Part shown: positions 37,055-50,123 of the stretch, piece by piece | How the letters are laid out: each line of letters begins with the position of its first letter | Numbering within the stretch: the first letter of the stretch is position 1 | Assembly: GCF_964204645.1 (NCBI RefSeq) | Contig: NC_134030.1 | Location: forward strand, 15,686,110 to 15,750,109 | DNA from: Tubulanus polymorphus | Taxonomy: Eukaryota; Animalia; Nemertea | Direction: 5' to 3' | Length of the DNA stretch: 64,000 nucleotides | Program-made: the position numbers and the translations under genes | The notes under the pieces: generated by a model | Database searches by the model: none | The model's input: only the letters and a program-made list of their open reading frames with translations | What the model was told of the DNA's origin: nothing

Positions 37055-40000
37055 TTACATGTTCGGGTCACAGGAAAGACAAAACCATTTCTCAGTCAAT
37101 GGTTCATCAGTCAAACCAACACATTTCCAGTGAAACCATTGGTCACATGTATCGCACCCAATTGAGTGATGTTTATTTTGGTTAGCGCTACAGTTCTGTT
37201 TGCATACAGGACATCTCCATTGTCTTTGAATTTTTGTTTCAGCTATAAATTCGGATGGACATTTCTCTTTCTTCTCTTTACAGACACTTTTGAGTTTTAG
37301 CTTTGCAATATTTTGTATACCAGGGGAGCCAAACGTATTCGTTAATTTCTCCAAATCATCTTCATTGTTACAATTATTTACCTCTGATATTTTTTGCGTG
37401 ATGTTCTTATTCCTAATCTTTGATGATTTTATTCTTTTGACTCTATTGAATTTATGTACAAGTTTAACATGTTTTTCTAAATGAGCTATACTAGGAAAAG
37501 ATAAATTTACGCCTGATGTCCAACATAATGCGCACATAACAAGATTTAAGTCATGGACAATAGATATATGCTTATCAAGCTCCGGACGACTTGAACAAAT
37601 ATAAGGGGATTTAGAATTATTTTTTATGCATAATGAACATAAAACTGTCTTAGTTGTATTGACAGGAACATTTTTATTTGTTTCTTTCAGGTCTGAAGTA
37701 ACCTCACGTGTTCTTATATCAACAGTTGAGTCTTCATTATCAATATCATCTATATTATCATTAGCTAAATAGGAGTTTTCATTTTTACGATTCACTTGCA
37801 ATTCATTTTCAGCTGGTTTATTAAGTAACCGTTCACTAATTACATTTTGGGACAACTCAATTTTTTCATCTAGCACTGTTTTTCCTAATTTATATAATGC
37901 ATCTGTGACAGTTTTATTAAATGAAACACCTCTTTTTGATAATCTTGTTCTTTTTCTACCACCATGTCGGTCACTCCAAGAAGCCTGGGGAAATGAAACA
38001 TTAGGACGATAGGGATCATAGACAACTGACTCCTCAGAAGATACTAAATCATATTTGCTGTCTTTAACAGCTCCACCAAGACGTCGGGGGCCAAGATTGT
38101 GAGGCTGCCGTTTGGCTAGTTTGCCTGAAAGAAGTCGAACCCCTAAATGGCTTTCATCATGTAAGATTTTCAATATCTTGCCTTCTTTTATAAATTCAAG
38201 CTCTTCACTTGTTGCTGAATGTGAAACAGCTTTCAATTCATCAATCAAATGACTAGTAAGAACTTGCCGAGGTGGATAATTGTTGACACCACTTTCAATT
38301 TTATGCGACAAGTAAGACGACAGCAGTTCATCAACTCTGTTTATTTTCTTGTTGTGAGCCATTAGGGCAAATAGATGTTTGCAGAAGTAAGGTTGTCCCT
38401 TCATAATGAATGCTTCGCAGCTACAAATACCCAGTTGAAGATTAACTATATGAGAATTATCTCCTATTTTCTCTTGTAATGCATCCGGAACCAAGGTGAA
38501 TAAATACTTAAAATAAAGTCTAGCAGCAAGTGAATCTAAGTCTCCAATATAACTGCGACATTTACTGATTATATCATAACTGTGTTCATTAGAGATCTGA
38601 TTAAAATCACAGGCGAGAAACTGACTACTTACAGGCGTACTTGATGGTAATCGATCTTCTAATATTTGAAGGTCATTATCATTAGTGACACTTTCAAAAA
38701 ATTGATCAGACAGTGGCTCATCTGACGTATCTTCGGACCCACATATATTTCTATTTGACTTTCTGCGAGGACTATTAAAAATACCCCATCCATTTCCATC
38801 AGAGGCAACCAAAAATCCACTCTTTAACAATTCAAGTGCTCTATCACAGGTTCCTCGCACAAATGTCTTCTTTCGTATAGTTCGAATCTTTTCTGAAGAT
38901 TTTTGGTAATTAAAATTGGCCGCTTTTAAATCATCATCAAATACATAACGGAGCATTTTTACTACAAAAATTGATATCAAACGATTGAGATGATTGCTGA
39001 AATATGTTGAATCTATATCTTTGAATTTTCGTTCAGTAACATTGTCTGTCATAAGAAGGGGATTATGACGTTCAGTAGCTATGGTGCGATATATCGGCTC
39101 AGCATTAAATATTTCTGACCATGTCTCAGATGAAAACCAATTTGTCTCGAGATAATTCATCAAATTTTTCTTTGAGTCATCACTTAGTAAGTTTGCAGGG
39201 ATATTATTCTTTATAAAATTGAGAAATTCATTAGCAAGGAAAGTGCGGGAAGGTTTATCCCATGAGCGCATAACACATTTAAATCCCGTCTCTAATGGCC
39301 TCATAAGCAATTTTAATTGTGAATCATCATTCAAAGTACGTCTAATGCACTGTAAAGCATGAAAATTACAGAGAACAGATAGCAAACCATTTAATGATGC
39401 AACCCTTTTAAGGGCAGTATCTTTGTCATGTTGTACACGAGGGGAAAGGGGTTGAATGAAAGAACATGGACGGATTGAGAAAAAACCACTGCCATCATTG
39501 TATATATAGAACTCTCTAGGATGTTGACAATCTATTCTTTGACAGGGTGTGTTAGCACATAAAATCTGAAGTGAGAGAGCATGCGAATCTGCATCATCAG
39601 AATTACTTACTGAAGCTGCTGCTATACGACCTTCGTTTAAACTATCAGTAAATGTAATAAAGCTGGTTTTGAATCTAACTGCATTGAAATCATGTTTAAC
39701 ATCCATTCCTATAACTGAACGGCCAAATTTTGATAGATATGAAAGATTTTTTTCAGGAGCTAATACAAAATGATAATTTCTTTTCAGACTCCGATCTCCC
39801 CTTTGAAATAAAATCACAGATTCCACTTCAGTCTCTAATAGTTTTTCAGTATTGCGCCAATCTGAGCCAACCAAAGGGATATCATCTTGGCTTCGCATAC
39901 TTTTTTTAACAGCCTCCCTATCGATATAACGCAATCGATCACTTACTTGCTTTAATGTATGATTTACTGAGGAGCTTTCTTCATTTTCATTTGACAAATG

Positions 40001-43000
40001 GACTTTCTGTTGATTGTTTGTAGCAGAAAGAACTTGTTTTGGAGTAGCTTTAAGTACAATTCGTTGTTGATCCCACTTATCTCTGGTTGCTAGGGATGGA
40101 CGTTTATTTGATTGTACAGGAACACTCTGATGATATTTACCATTATCGCAATGTTTATATATCTTCCATGTTGAAAGGTCATCATTGTATAAGACAAGCT
40201 TTATCTTCCAATTGCACACTAGATGAGGGTGATGAAGGCGTTTTGGTTGATCACTTAATCTTGCCTGGGCTGGTCGATCCTTTTTTGTTCTCAATTTATA
40301 ATTGTAGCAAATAACACAAAGTTTCCTACCATAGGTGTCTAAAACCCATTTTTTACTAGACGCAGATGTACAGTGCTCACAAATGTTAGGCAATTCTAAA
40401 TTCAGATGACAAGCAGTGCAGTTCATGGCTGTTATTGATCTATCTAAACCACTAAGTAATTCACCACATGCTGAGCGACAATCATTTGACTTAGATGAAC
40501 ATGTTATGATCATTTCAACAACTTTTTTCCCATGAGGTTTTTCATTGATTCCTGATATGAACTCATATTTTTCATCAAATCTGTGAGTTTTCCCCCATCC
40601 AGCCTTTTCCGTTACAGATACCTTCATAGCTGTTTGATTACCTGGATAAATAGCACGCACATTTTTGTCAAACATATAGACTTTTTTGGTGATATCAAAT
40701 GTAAATTTACTGAAGTGATTTTTGGTTTCAACACCAGTTTCTAATTCACCATCTTCTATCCACTGAATAGTAGTGAATTCTCGAATCCAATTACAAGCCT
40801 CTCCATTGTTCAAAAACTCATTGATTCTATCCATTGATTCCTTATCATCCTTACCAGCATCCGAGCATGGGAATGTTTTATGTAACTGCTTTCCCGTTTT
40901 CAAAGTGATTTTCAATTCTAATACGTGATTACTGTTTCTGCACCGATGATGAATTTTTGGTTTCCCTTTAATTAATTCGCTTAACTTGTCCAAACATTTT
41001 TCTTCCACTAAAGGGCTGCTTCTAGTAGTGCCTTGAGGTTTCTTGAGGTTAGCGTGCGTATACGATTCTTTTTTCCTCTTTGATACTGGTATTTCAAAGT
41101 CATCATCATCATTATCAGAGATTGTGATTATCTTAGTACCTTTCCTTTTCAGTTTAGATGCAAGACCATTCTCTCTTGGTATAACCGAAGAATCAGTTGA
41201 ATAAATATGACTTAACTGAATTGATTGTCCAATTATCCAGTCAATAAGAACTTTGCGTATAAAATGTGAATGTTTGCTTATGTCATGTAAATATCCAATT
41301 TTTGAAGATATAGGGCTGAAACTAGTAAGATTTGAAAATTCCTCAATATCCTGGGCCGCAAGACATCCTATGAGTACAGCAGATGGACCACAGACAGAAC
41401 TACATGTTTGAATAGGATAAAGAGGTGCACAAGATCTACCACAATTGACAAATCGGCGGCTTGCGTTATGATGTTCTGTATCATGGCAACAAAGAAGAGT
41501 GGGCAATGGGAGTTTAAAATTTGAACATAGCGCGTTGATATTAGCCACTAATGCTATTGGACAAGACCAGCCCAATGTGTCCAAATAAAAGAGCTTGTTG
41601 TTTACCTTATCATAAACTGCAAGGGCCCAATGATTAGCATTTTGAGCATTTAAAACAGAAACATTATCAATGCAGCCAACATGAAGGAAAAAGATCATTC
41701 TATCACATTGTTCAATAGAACCAAACCTTTTTAAAAGACGACCAGATATTGACAGGGAAAATGTCTGATTCATAACATCAGCAAACACACGAGGAGAGGT
41801 ATGATTAATCAAACTTGCAAAGGCGTGCATAATCGAACCTTCATACCATTTATCTAAATACATAGTTTGTAATTCATCAACTTGAGCACTATAATTTAAA
41901 AGTTGAATGAATTTGTCATCAGCCATTTTAGTTACACACTCAAAGAAATATTTCAAATTGTTAGCACTGTGGACAGTTTCAGTGTGAGGGTGGTTGGAGG
42001 GTTCAGAATCAAACCAGTCACATACTTTCTTAAATTCATTTTTCTTTGCTTTGACAGTAGTTAAGATATAAATAAACCTGTTTATCTCACCCAAACTAAA
42101 GCATCCATAATCGAGTTTTACATGCGCATGCCCTGCTCCGGTTGTCAGTCTATCTTGAAGTTGAGTTTTGATCTGGTTAAGCTGGTTTAAAGGTGGTGTG
42201 TATCTCGATTGATCTGCTTTCTTGCACTCCTCAGACGAACAAATAACAAAATCTACATTAGTTGATAATCTGGTTTCTGGAATATTGAAAGTTGAAAAAT
42301 ACTCTAGCCCATCACTTGTCTCATTACTTGTCGTATCTGCATTCATGTCGCTGGTTTCATCATCACTGATCATTATAATTTCCTCATAGCCACCACCGCT
42401 GAAACTTGAAAATAATTGCTATCATTATCAATCAGGGAGCTATTATTGTTACATGACCAATCAAATTGATATTTACCTGGATACAAAATTATAAGCTTCC
42501 TTATCCTTGCGCGTAGAATCCTGCTCTGTAGCATCTCTCAGCAGTTTTTCACTGAAATGAAATTCATATTCTTGCATTATTTACATTCATAATTCCTAAG
42601 ATTTACCAAGCAACAGCATGGTTACAGTAAAAGCACTTAAGTAGATTAACAAGAAGAAACTAAGGAGAGAATAATAATTTGTTTGAATAATTCATAGCAG
42701 CTGTTATGTATTGTACCTTATTCATATTGATAGAAGAAACAGTCATACATAATTTCTTAAAATTAACAATGTTTTTTTCTTTACCTCAGTACATGGTGAT
42801 CTATCACATGATCTAACAGTTCCATATCAGTTTCATAATGAAATCTGTTGCACCAACACTCCAGTTTCCTAGCAGGTTGATGAACGGCAGTACATGTATA
42901 TGTTGAAGTCTTCTCACCAACCCAAATAGCCTTCTTTAACTTCTCAACAGTTAAGCAATCATACCTGAAAAATTAGATTAAGGGCAAAATTTGCAGTGTA

Positions 43001-45144
43001 GAGACAGACATAACTTAGATTCTGAATTTATTTAGGTACCAGTATTATGTTTATTTACCTGTTTGTTGTTCTAAAATCAATGTTCTTCACTATTGTTGGT
43101 TTTCTCATATGTCGTCTACTGAGATGTTTCTTCTTTGATGGTTGAATATTTTTTGAGTCGTCAGTTGTCACGCGTGTAATTTTTCTGGTTCGTCTCCACG
43201 AGATGACTACACTCTCGGATTTTGGTTCAGCTGAAATCAATGAAAATTTGTTCTCAAGATACTTTTCCACGTTTCAACATAACTGAAAATGTCATATTAA
43301 GCATCTTTTTAAATGCTTACATAATGCTGGTTGAAAAGCACAAACACTCGAATAAGAATGTAGAAATTCATCAGTTACTTTCACAGGACGCGTGCAATTA
43401 GATAAGGGAGGATAATTGTAGTCATAGTCATCTACATCAAGTTGCTCCTCACACACTCGAATTGGTTCCCTTCAATTAAAAATCAAGAAATTAAACATTT
43501 ATCCGTGCAATAGAAATCATGTCACTTTGTGAAAAGGTTGATATCATAGAGTTCAACATTGCACTGACACCCTACCACTTGAAAATTTGCAAACAGGACT
43601 TTTTGAAGAATTTTCGAAAATAAAATGTGAAAATCAATATTCTGCCACCAAAACCTGCTAACACTACTGGACTGCTAATTAGCAAACTTGTTACTGGCTT
43701 TCTTTATGCATGTATGTGGCACAAAAATATTTGTGAGTTTTGATTTTTACTTTGTCGGTTCTACAGCCAACTATCGTCCAGCTTGTGGTGCCATCTCTGC
43801 GAGTAGCAAATTATTAACCCTGTAATTTAATTGGGGCCAATCTCTGGCCTGTATTTGGCCTAATTGGACGATGATCTGTTAGAATATATTACATATATTT
43901 TCAGTGATCTTAGACTTAGTATGTAAGTTTCCCATTATCGGTCGATGTCTACGAGATAGAACCTAATAATTGACAGTCAAAGAGGAGTCAGCTATCAACT
44001 TCCTAACTGGCTAACTTACGGTTTAATGTTTTCGAAGAGAGAAGCTGCCATCTTCTTGATACCAAGCCGACTGAAATGAAGTCCATCGGCGCACAAAAAG
44101 TCATTCAAATATTCATCGAAGTCATCATGACTGATGAATGTTGTAAAACCATAAACCTAAAACAGAAAATAAAATGCCATTATAAATTGGTGACAAGTCA
44201 TTTCAGCTTAAACATATCAAAGACATGAAATATATGCCAAAACAATCACAATTTACCTGGCAAAGTTCTTCAAGCAGCTGATTAGCTCTCCTGATCTCCA
44301 TATTCATTCGATCAATGAATGCCCGATGATCTCTTCGCTCCTTCGCCAAAACTACGTGCCTAGTCTCCCTCCTCAACAATATACCTATAAAACATACAAA
44401 AAATGAATTATATCAACAACAATAATTTTCAATTTTGCAACTAGTGAAAACTTAACAAAGCCTACCTGATACATAAATCTGGCAATGTGGATTGAATCTC
44501 CGGAGCCTGTTGAATAGGCACACCATCTCATCCCTCACATTCACTGGACTTCGGCCCTATAATGTTAATTTATATCAATTATCATCACTGAAAGTTAAGA
44601 AAAAGTTGCAATTAATGGCACTCTTTTTTTTTCTAAGTGTCTAATCAAGTGTTAACATTAGCCAAATCAAGTGTTCAAGACAAAAACAACACAATTTCTC
44701 ATTTAGTAAGAGTCAATAGATTTAAGACACTGAATATTCACTAACTTTATACCTTAAAGTTAGAAATGGGCCTACTACACTAATACAGTAAGCTCAATGT
44801 CATTACGGTATATTTATGTGAAAGAATGATAATCTACTAAGAAGCGTGCAATTATAAGCAGAAGAAACCTGAATAAGATTATTCGTGCCACCATGGATAA
44901 CAATGCAATCTGCACCCGAAACCAGTTGTCCAACACTCGAACCTGCTGCCTCCAGAATCTCCGCAACCGTGCTCCCCGACCGCCAGAACAAATTCTGCCA
45001 CTCCACTACATCGATTAGGGTTGATCCTCTCCGACTACAGCAACCAGCCATATACTTCAGCATACTATCGCTGAAAAAAAGAACAGACGGCGGCAACCCA
45101 GCACCAGGACTGGGAGCAGCTACCTTCCTAAAACTTAAAGACAT
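37055..45144 (-). CDS. Multi-domain MULE transposase, predicted 9 exons (~2183 aa): SGNH hydrolase - Zn finger - Ulp1-like protease - GATA finger - MULE DDE - SWIM - C2H2 - PHD
   Basis: Exons 45144-44869, 44556-44466, 44384-44257, 44156-44020, 43469-43321, 43230-43059, 42964-42785, 42551-42477, 42398-37055; all GT-AG, phase-compatible and open. The 1772 aa ORF itself is secure; the exon 4-5 join is the least certain. Confidence 0.8.
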
Positions 45145-45939
45145 GATTAATTATCAAAACAATACAATACAATAATACACCGAGAGAGAGGTGGAAATTG
45201 GATAGCAGGCTATCACTAATTTCTATCTTCTAGAATGAAACAGAAAGCCTAAGTAAAGGGACCTACAAACACGAAAAAAAAACTTGAGCACGAACTAGGG
45301 CTACGGGGACCACAAGTGCGTTTTAAAAAATTCTTCACCTAAAAGCTAAAAATAAACGTTAATTAGAATAAAAAGTATATAAAACTGACCGTATACGTAA
45401 TCTATATAAACACTTTGATGCGTATGTGTATGTAGATCTGAAGTATCGCGCTACCAATTGCTCGAAATTCGCTCAAAATGTAGCACGAAAAGCAGCTCTA
45501 AGTTACCGCAATAAGGGTGACCAAACAAACTGCGCATTCCCGCTGCAAAAGTTCACGCAGGTTCATTTCAGCAGCGTACTGACATGACCCACCATTTTGA
45601 AAAACTGACTTGTAGTGACGCCTGCCCACTCGACTGTTTTCTGGACTTAGAGAATTTCCCCAACACATACATCATGCGCATGCGTTAAAAACGGAGACAT
45701 TGGAAACATTACGGTTTTTGCCTTCGTCTCAGAGAGAAAACAAACGACAGAAAAGTATCAGGTGATTATCGATAGCCTACAACGGTACACACAGTTGACA
45801 AACAGTGTTAGGCCTGTGCCGGTTGGTGCGTACTGGGACTAAATATACTGGTTGGTCAGTTGGTTCGGTTGTGAAGTGTGGAAGCTAAGATTATAAGAAA
45901 GCCTACCGGTATTTATTTGTCTATAGGCCTATTATATAG

Positions 45940-46420
45940 AAGCCAATACCATTTTAAGTACGTAGTTGTTAACCGCACGTGACTGTACGGTGATCTCCAC
46001 AGGTTAACCGCGTACGTGAGGTCCCTACTAAGTTTATAATACCATACGTGAGTCCCTAGTAGCCAATACCATTTTAAGTACGAAATTGTAACGCGTACGT
46101 GACTGTACGGTGATATCCACAGGTTAACCGTACGTGAGTTCCCTAAAAACGCTGTACGTGAGTTCCTATAATCTGCAAACGCGCATGCGTAAAAGAATAG
46201 AGTTTGGGTTAGGTGAGGCTAGGCTATTTGTAAATCAAATTTCATCCACCCACCAGTTACGTTCTGTGGCACAGTGGGTAAATCACTGCACTACTACTGG
46301 ATTTTTTTTTCGTTTGGTTTCGAATCCCAATATTGCAAGTCCTAGCGTCAACGTACTCACATATAGCTAACCTGTAGAAATCACCGTACAGTCACGTACA
46401 GGTAACAACAGCGTTTTAAG
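45940..46420. repeat. Small element with direct and inverted subrepeats (MITE-like)
   Basis: GTGACTGTACGGTGAT..ACAGGTTA twice (~45979, ~46099) and inverted at ~46368-46400. Confidence 0.55.
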
Positions 46421-47449
46421 TATTAAGTGAGTACGACAAGCCTACCATGCCTATGTACTACAAACACAACTTTTTCCCTCTCGTTGGCCCTACAGTGATG
46501 TTACTATAACTGGTGCCATTATAATATGGATAGGATTTGGTCAGGACTAGCCTAAAGTCTAATTCAGTCTATGTACTAATTCACTCGATAGGCCTATTTT
46601 TAAAACAATACAGTGAAATATTCACACGCAGAAAGGCTAATTGATTTGAGCCATGTGATTAAGTTTGGCCAGGCCTTCTCTGACCTGCTGACATTAATAG
46701 TCAAACCAAAACGTTCATGTGGTCACGGCTTGTATTACCAGAAATCATTGTAGGCCTGTACATTTTGCTGTTCGTAGGTTTGGTATACCGATTTCTCCAT
46801 TCTTGACTGATAAGTGTACGGTACAGCTGTACGCATTATATAATTGTTCCAATGGGAATAGGGCCTATTGATTGGGCTTATTATTTCCTGCTTTAGAGTA
46901 CTGAAATAAACCTAATGTTCATTCAAATATCCAACATCGGTGAAAGTTTGATTAATACTGTATACATGTACTGTAGGTTTTCATGTTGTATGAATATTTT
47001 GCAGTTCAAATGGGTATGATGCTGATTCCAATGTCAAACGCATGAAGTTAGATGGTCAAGGACAGTCAACACCAAGATATCTCTCTTCGACCGATGTTGT
47101 ACCATAGAAGATCTGATTCTTTCAACTCAAGGAAAGTGATTCAACACAATCGACATAACACTGGAATAGGTTTGCAGTAACTAACCGTTCATTTCATTTA
47201 GTCCTATGTACTTTTTAGCCAATTTGGATTTGATTGTAATTGAAACTCTGGAAACTGTTAACAAAAGACAAGTTGAAAAAACACAAGTTATGCTTGATTC
47301 TCATGTTCAAATTTAATTCAAATTTATTTTATTACATCATATTTACAAAGCATATCATTGGTTCATACAGTAATAAAAATTAGGGCAGAACAAATATTAT
47401 TACAGAAACTCCAAAAAGGCAATGAATTTCTATGACTAAATGAACATTA

Positions 47450-48008
47450 TTTTTAGCCCACTTGGGACTTTAGTCCCAGCGGGCTATTGCGTTCACTTTT
47501 CGTCCGTCGTCCGTCCGTAGACGGAAATCAGTTATTTTAGGAAGTTTTGAAGACGCTTCAATGTAATGTCTTGATATTTGGGTTTCACATGTATCTACCC
47601 TAGACACATCTTCAGCTCAAAAACTGGCCCTGTCAGAATCAAGATGGCCGACTGGCAGCCATTGTTGTTCGCCAAAATCAACACTTTTTACACATTTTTG
47701 AACTTTTTGAGGGAAATTTTGAAGATGCTTTGATCAATTACCTTGATCTTTCCGATATATGTGAATGCCCCTGGGTCATCAGCATAACAAAAATTGGGAT
47801 ACGGACTCAAGATGGCCGTCCTATGACCTTTTTTAGTGCCCAAAAATGTCAATTTTGGCCCGAATTCTGAGTTTGCCATTTCTCATTGCAATTTGTGATG
47901 GGTATTCTTTGAAAAGGGATGTTTTATACCTTTGATACCTGAATTGTTAGATTGTTGAGCATTTGGAACCACTTCCCAAGTGGGCATGGTGTCCCTGGAC
48001 CCCTAGTT
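47450..48008 (+). mobile_element. Second non-autonomous DINE-1/HINE-like element
   Basis: 5' TTTTTAGCCCACTTGGGA + IR + GTCC microsatellite; 3' TCCCAAGTGGGC, small hairpin, CTAGTT. Confidence 0.8.
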
Positions 48009-48624
48009 CTAATAACTCAGATCAAGAGTGACTCTCCCGTTTATTAGGAAACACACGCAACTAGTGGAATAGGTTTGATTTACACACATGTTGCAGGTAT
48101 CAATTGTTTATCACTGTAGAATTTGTAATCCATAAAAGCCAAAATCAACATCAGCCGGAAACCCAGACCAAATCAATTCATAATTTATTGATTGAATCTA
48201 CACTACGATATATGTATTTATTCAAATATTTCAATAAAAACATTAACTTCTTAAATCTAATCTATTCTAAATCATAATACGTTCTTATCTGTGAATTCAC
48301 TCAATCTATCGGCTCAGCAGGTGCTTAAGATGAGTTCTTAATAGGACAGATCCATTTTTAAGGATGGTGATAATACAGTATCATGACGTTTGAATGCCAA
48401 AATAAGTGCCTGGTCAAATATATTAATATTTGTGATTGTACGTCCACGTATGTTCGGTTTCAAAGCTGAATCATATTTGACGTTTACACAGTGGTTGCAT
48501 ATTAGGTTCGAATCTGTCAATGCATTTTATTCTATGTATCGATATTTCAATTTACTACAATTCCCATCATTCTGAATGGCTTTACAGAAAACCCGTCATC
48601 GCTGCTTTGCAGCTATATTTTTAT

Positions 48625-49375
48625 TTATAATTCCAACCAGAACTTTTCAATTTCTGGATCATTGTCAAACATTTTTTCAATATCGTTTGAATATTTTACT
48701 ATATCAGAAAATGACAAACTTAAAAATTGGAATCTTTTATATGTAATTAATCTCCCTACACTTCTTAATTTTCTTTCATACCCAGCACTAATACCTATAT
48801 ATTTTTTAACCCAAGAAGTCCAAAAAATCCCCGCAGTTTGTTTATTAAACATTAAAAATCCCCTATTTAAACAATCCCCGAAAATGATATAATCCCATAA
48901 ATGCTTTGATTTTTTACATAACAAGGTTCTATAATTTTTTTTTCAATAAAACAGTTATTTCATTAAATGATGTTACACCTTCTATTTCTTTAAAACTTAC
49001 ATCTTTTTCATTTGATAATTTTGATTTTAAAAACTTATTTAACTCATTTCCGCTCATTTTCTTTTTAGTTTTTGTTCCTTTTAGTCTTAACAATATTTCT
49101 ACATTGGTTGTTGGTCTTTTCGGTAATGATGTTACGCTTGATTGCTTGTTTTCTATTATTTTTTCTAAAATTAATGTCATTTCTTGATGGTAATATAAAT
49201 GTTTTTTAACTTCTTCTAACGTTTCATCTTCTATATCGAAAGATTCTTTTACTTCAGTACCCATTTCGGGTGGTTCATCTTCCATTTCGGTTGGTTCATC
49301 TTCCATTTCGGTTGGTTCATCTTCCATTTCGGTTGTCCTCTGAGAATCAAGAGTACTTCTTGATACACACGACAT
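48625..49375 (-). pseudogene. Helical protein of unknown function (TEMEDEP repeats), frameshifted near an A-run at ~48935
   Basis: Adjacent ORFs 48929-49384 and 48625-48924; TAAAATG start at 49375. Confidence 0.6.
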
Positions 49376-50123
49376 TTTATTCAACTAAAAGATACCAGCG
49401 GTAGAACAGGAACCGCGATATTAAATGATATAAATATTTTCAAGTCTATCGTTTCTAATTATTATAACTTATCATAGTTCAAGTTATTATCTATCTAACG
49501 TAAAATAGAATTAACTGTATGAAGTTGTAGTTGTCAAAAGCACTTAAAGGTTTCATATTTAATAGCCCCAATAACTACAAAAAAACAGTACTTACATTTA
49601 GATTTATAATTGTAAACTATAAACTCCTAATTTCGTTTCGATAGATAGAATATCCTGAGCACAATGTTACAGCGTCTGTTCATTTCCGGGGCGATTTCTA
49701 GAATGAATTTCCGTCGTTGATTATTACACGTCATCTGGTTCCGGTACACCTTTCTAGAATATTCTACACGTTTCTGATTATGACATGTCATCTCTATTCA
49801 GAGTTCCAGCACACCTTTCTAGAATTTTCTCTACACGTTTGCAATAATGATTCATATGTCTCGGCGTCATAGTAACAGCTGTAACAGCTGTGAATTTATA
49901 GATTTATTCAATCGTTCATTACATGAAATGTATATAGGTTCAAATAGAATCATGTTCTAGTATAAACAGCTATGCATTATTTCAATCACACTTTACTAAC
50001 ACTTTTAATGTTTAAAATCTAACTCACACAAATATGAATATTGAAATAATGTTGTAAATATATACTTTTTATATTGAATAATCTGTCAATTTAAATGTTA
50101 TTCATATATATGATTATTTTAAG

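Larger units (their letters stand above)
24120..45721 (-). mobile_element. Giant Mutator-like element (MULE)
   Basis: TIRs 24120-24236 and 45605-45721 nearly identical; exact 9 bp TSD CTTCGTCTC at 24111-24119 and 45722-45730; encodes a MULE transposase. Confidence 0.95.
23508..48618 (+). mobile_element. Helentron-associated (DINE-1/HINE-like) element inserted in the Polinton and carrying nested elements
   Basis: 5' TT|ATTAGGGTTTTCTGT with internal inverted copy ACAGAAAACCCT and TTA microsatellite; 3' subTIR ACAGAAAACCC (48584-48594), GCTGCtttGCAGC hairpin, T-run. Confidence 0.75.

Noticed and set aside
46258-46332. tRNA gene
   Set aside because: A- and B-box-like motifs only; no convincing cloverleaf.
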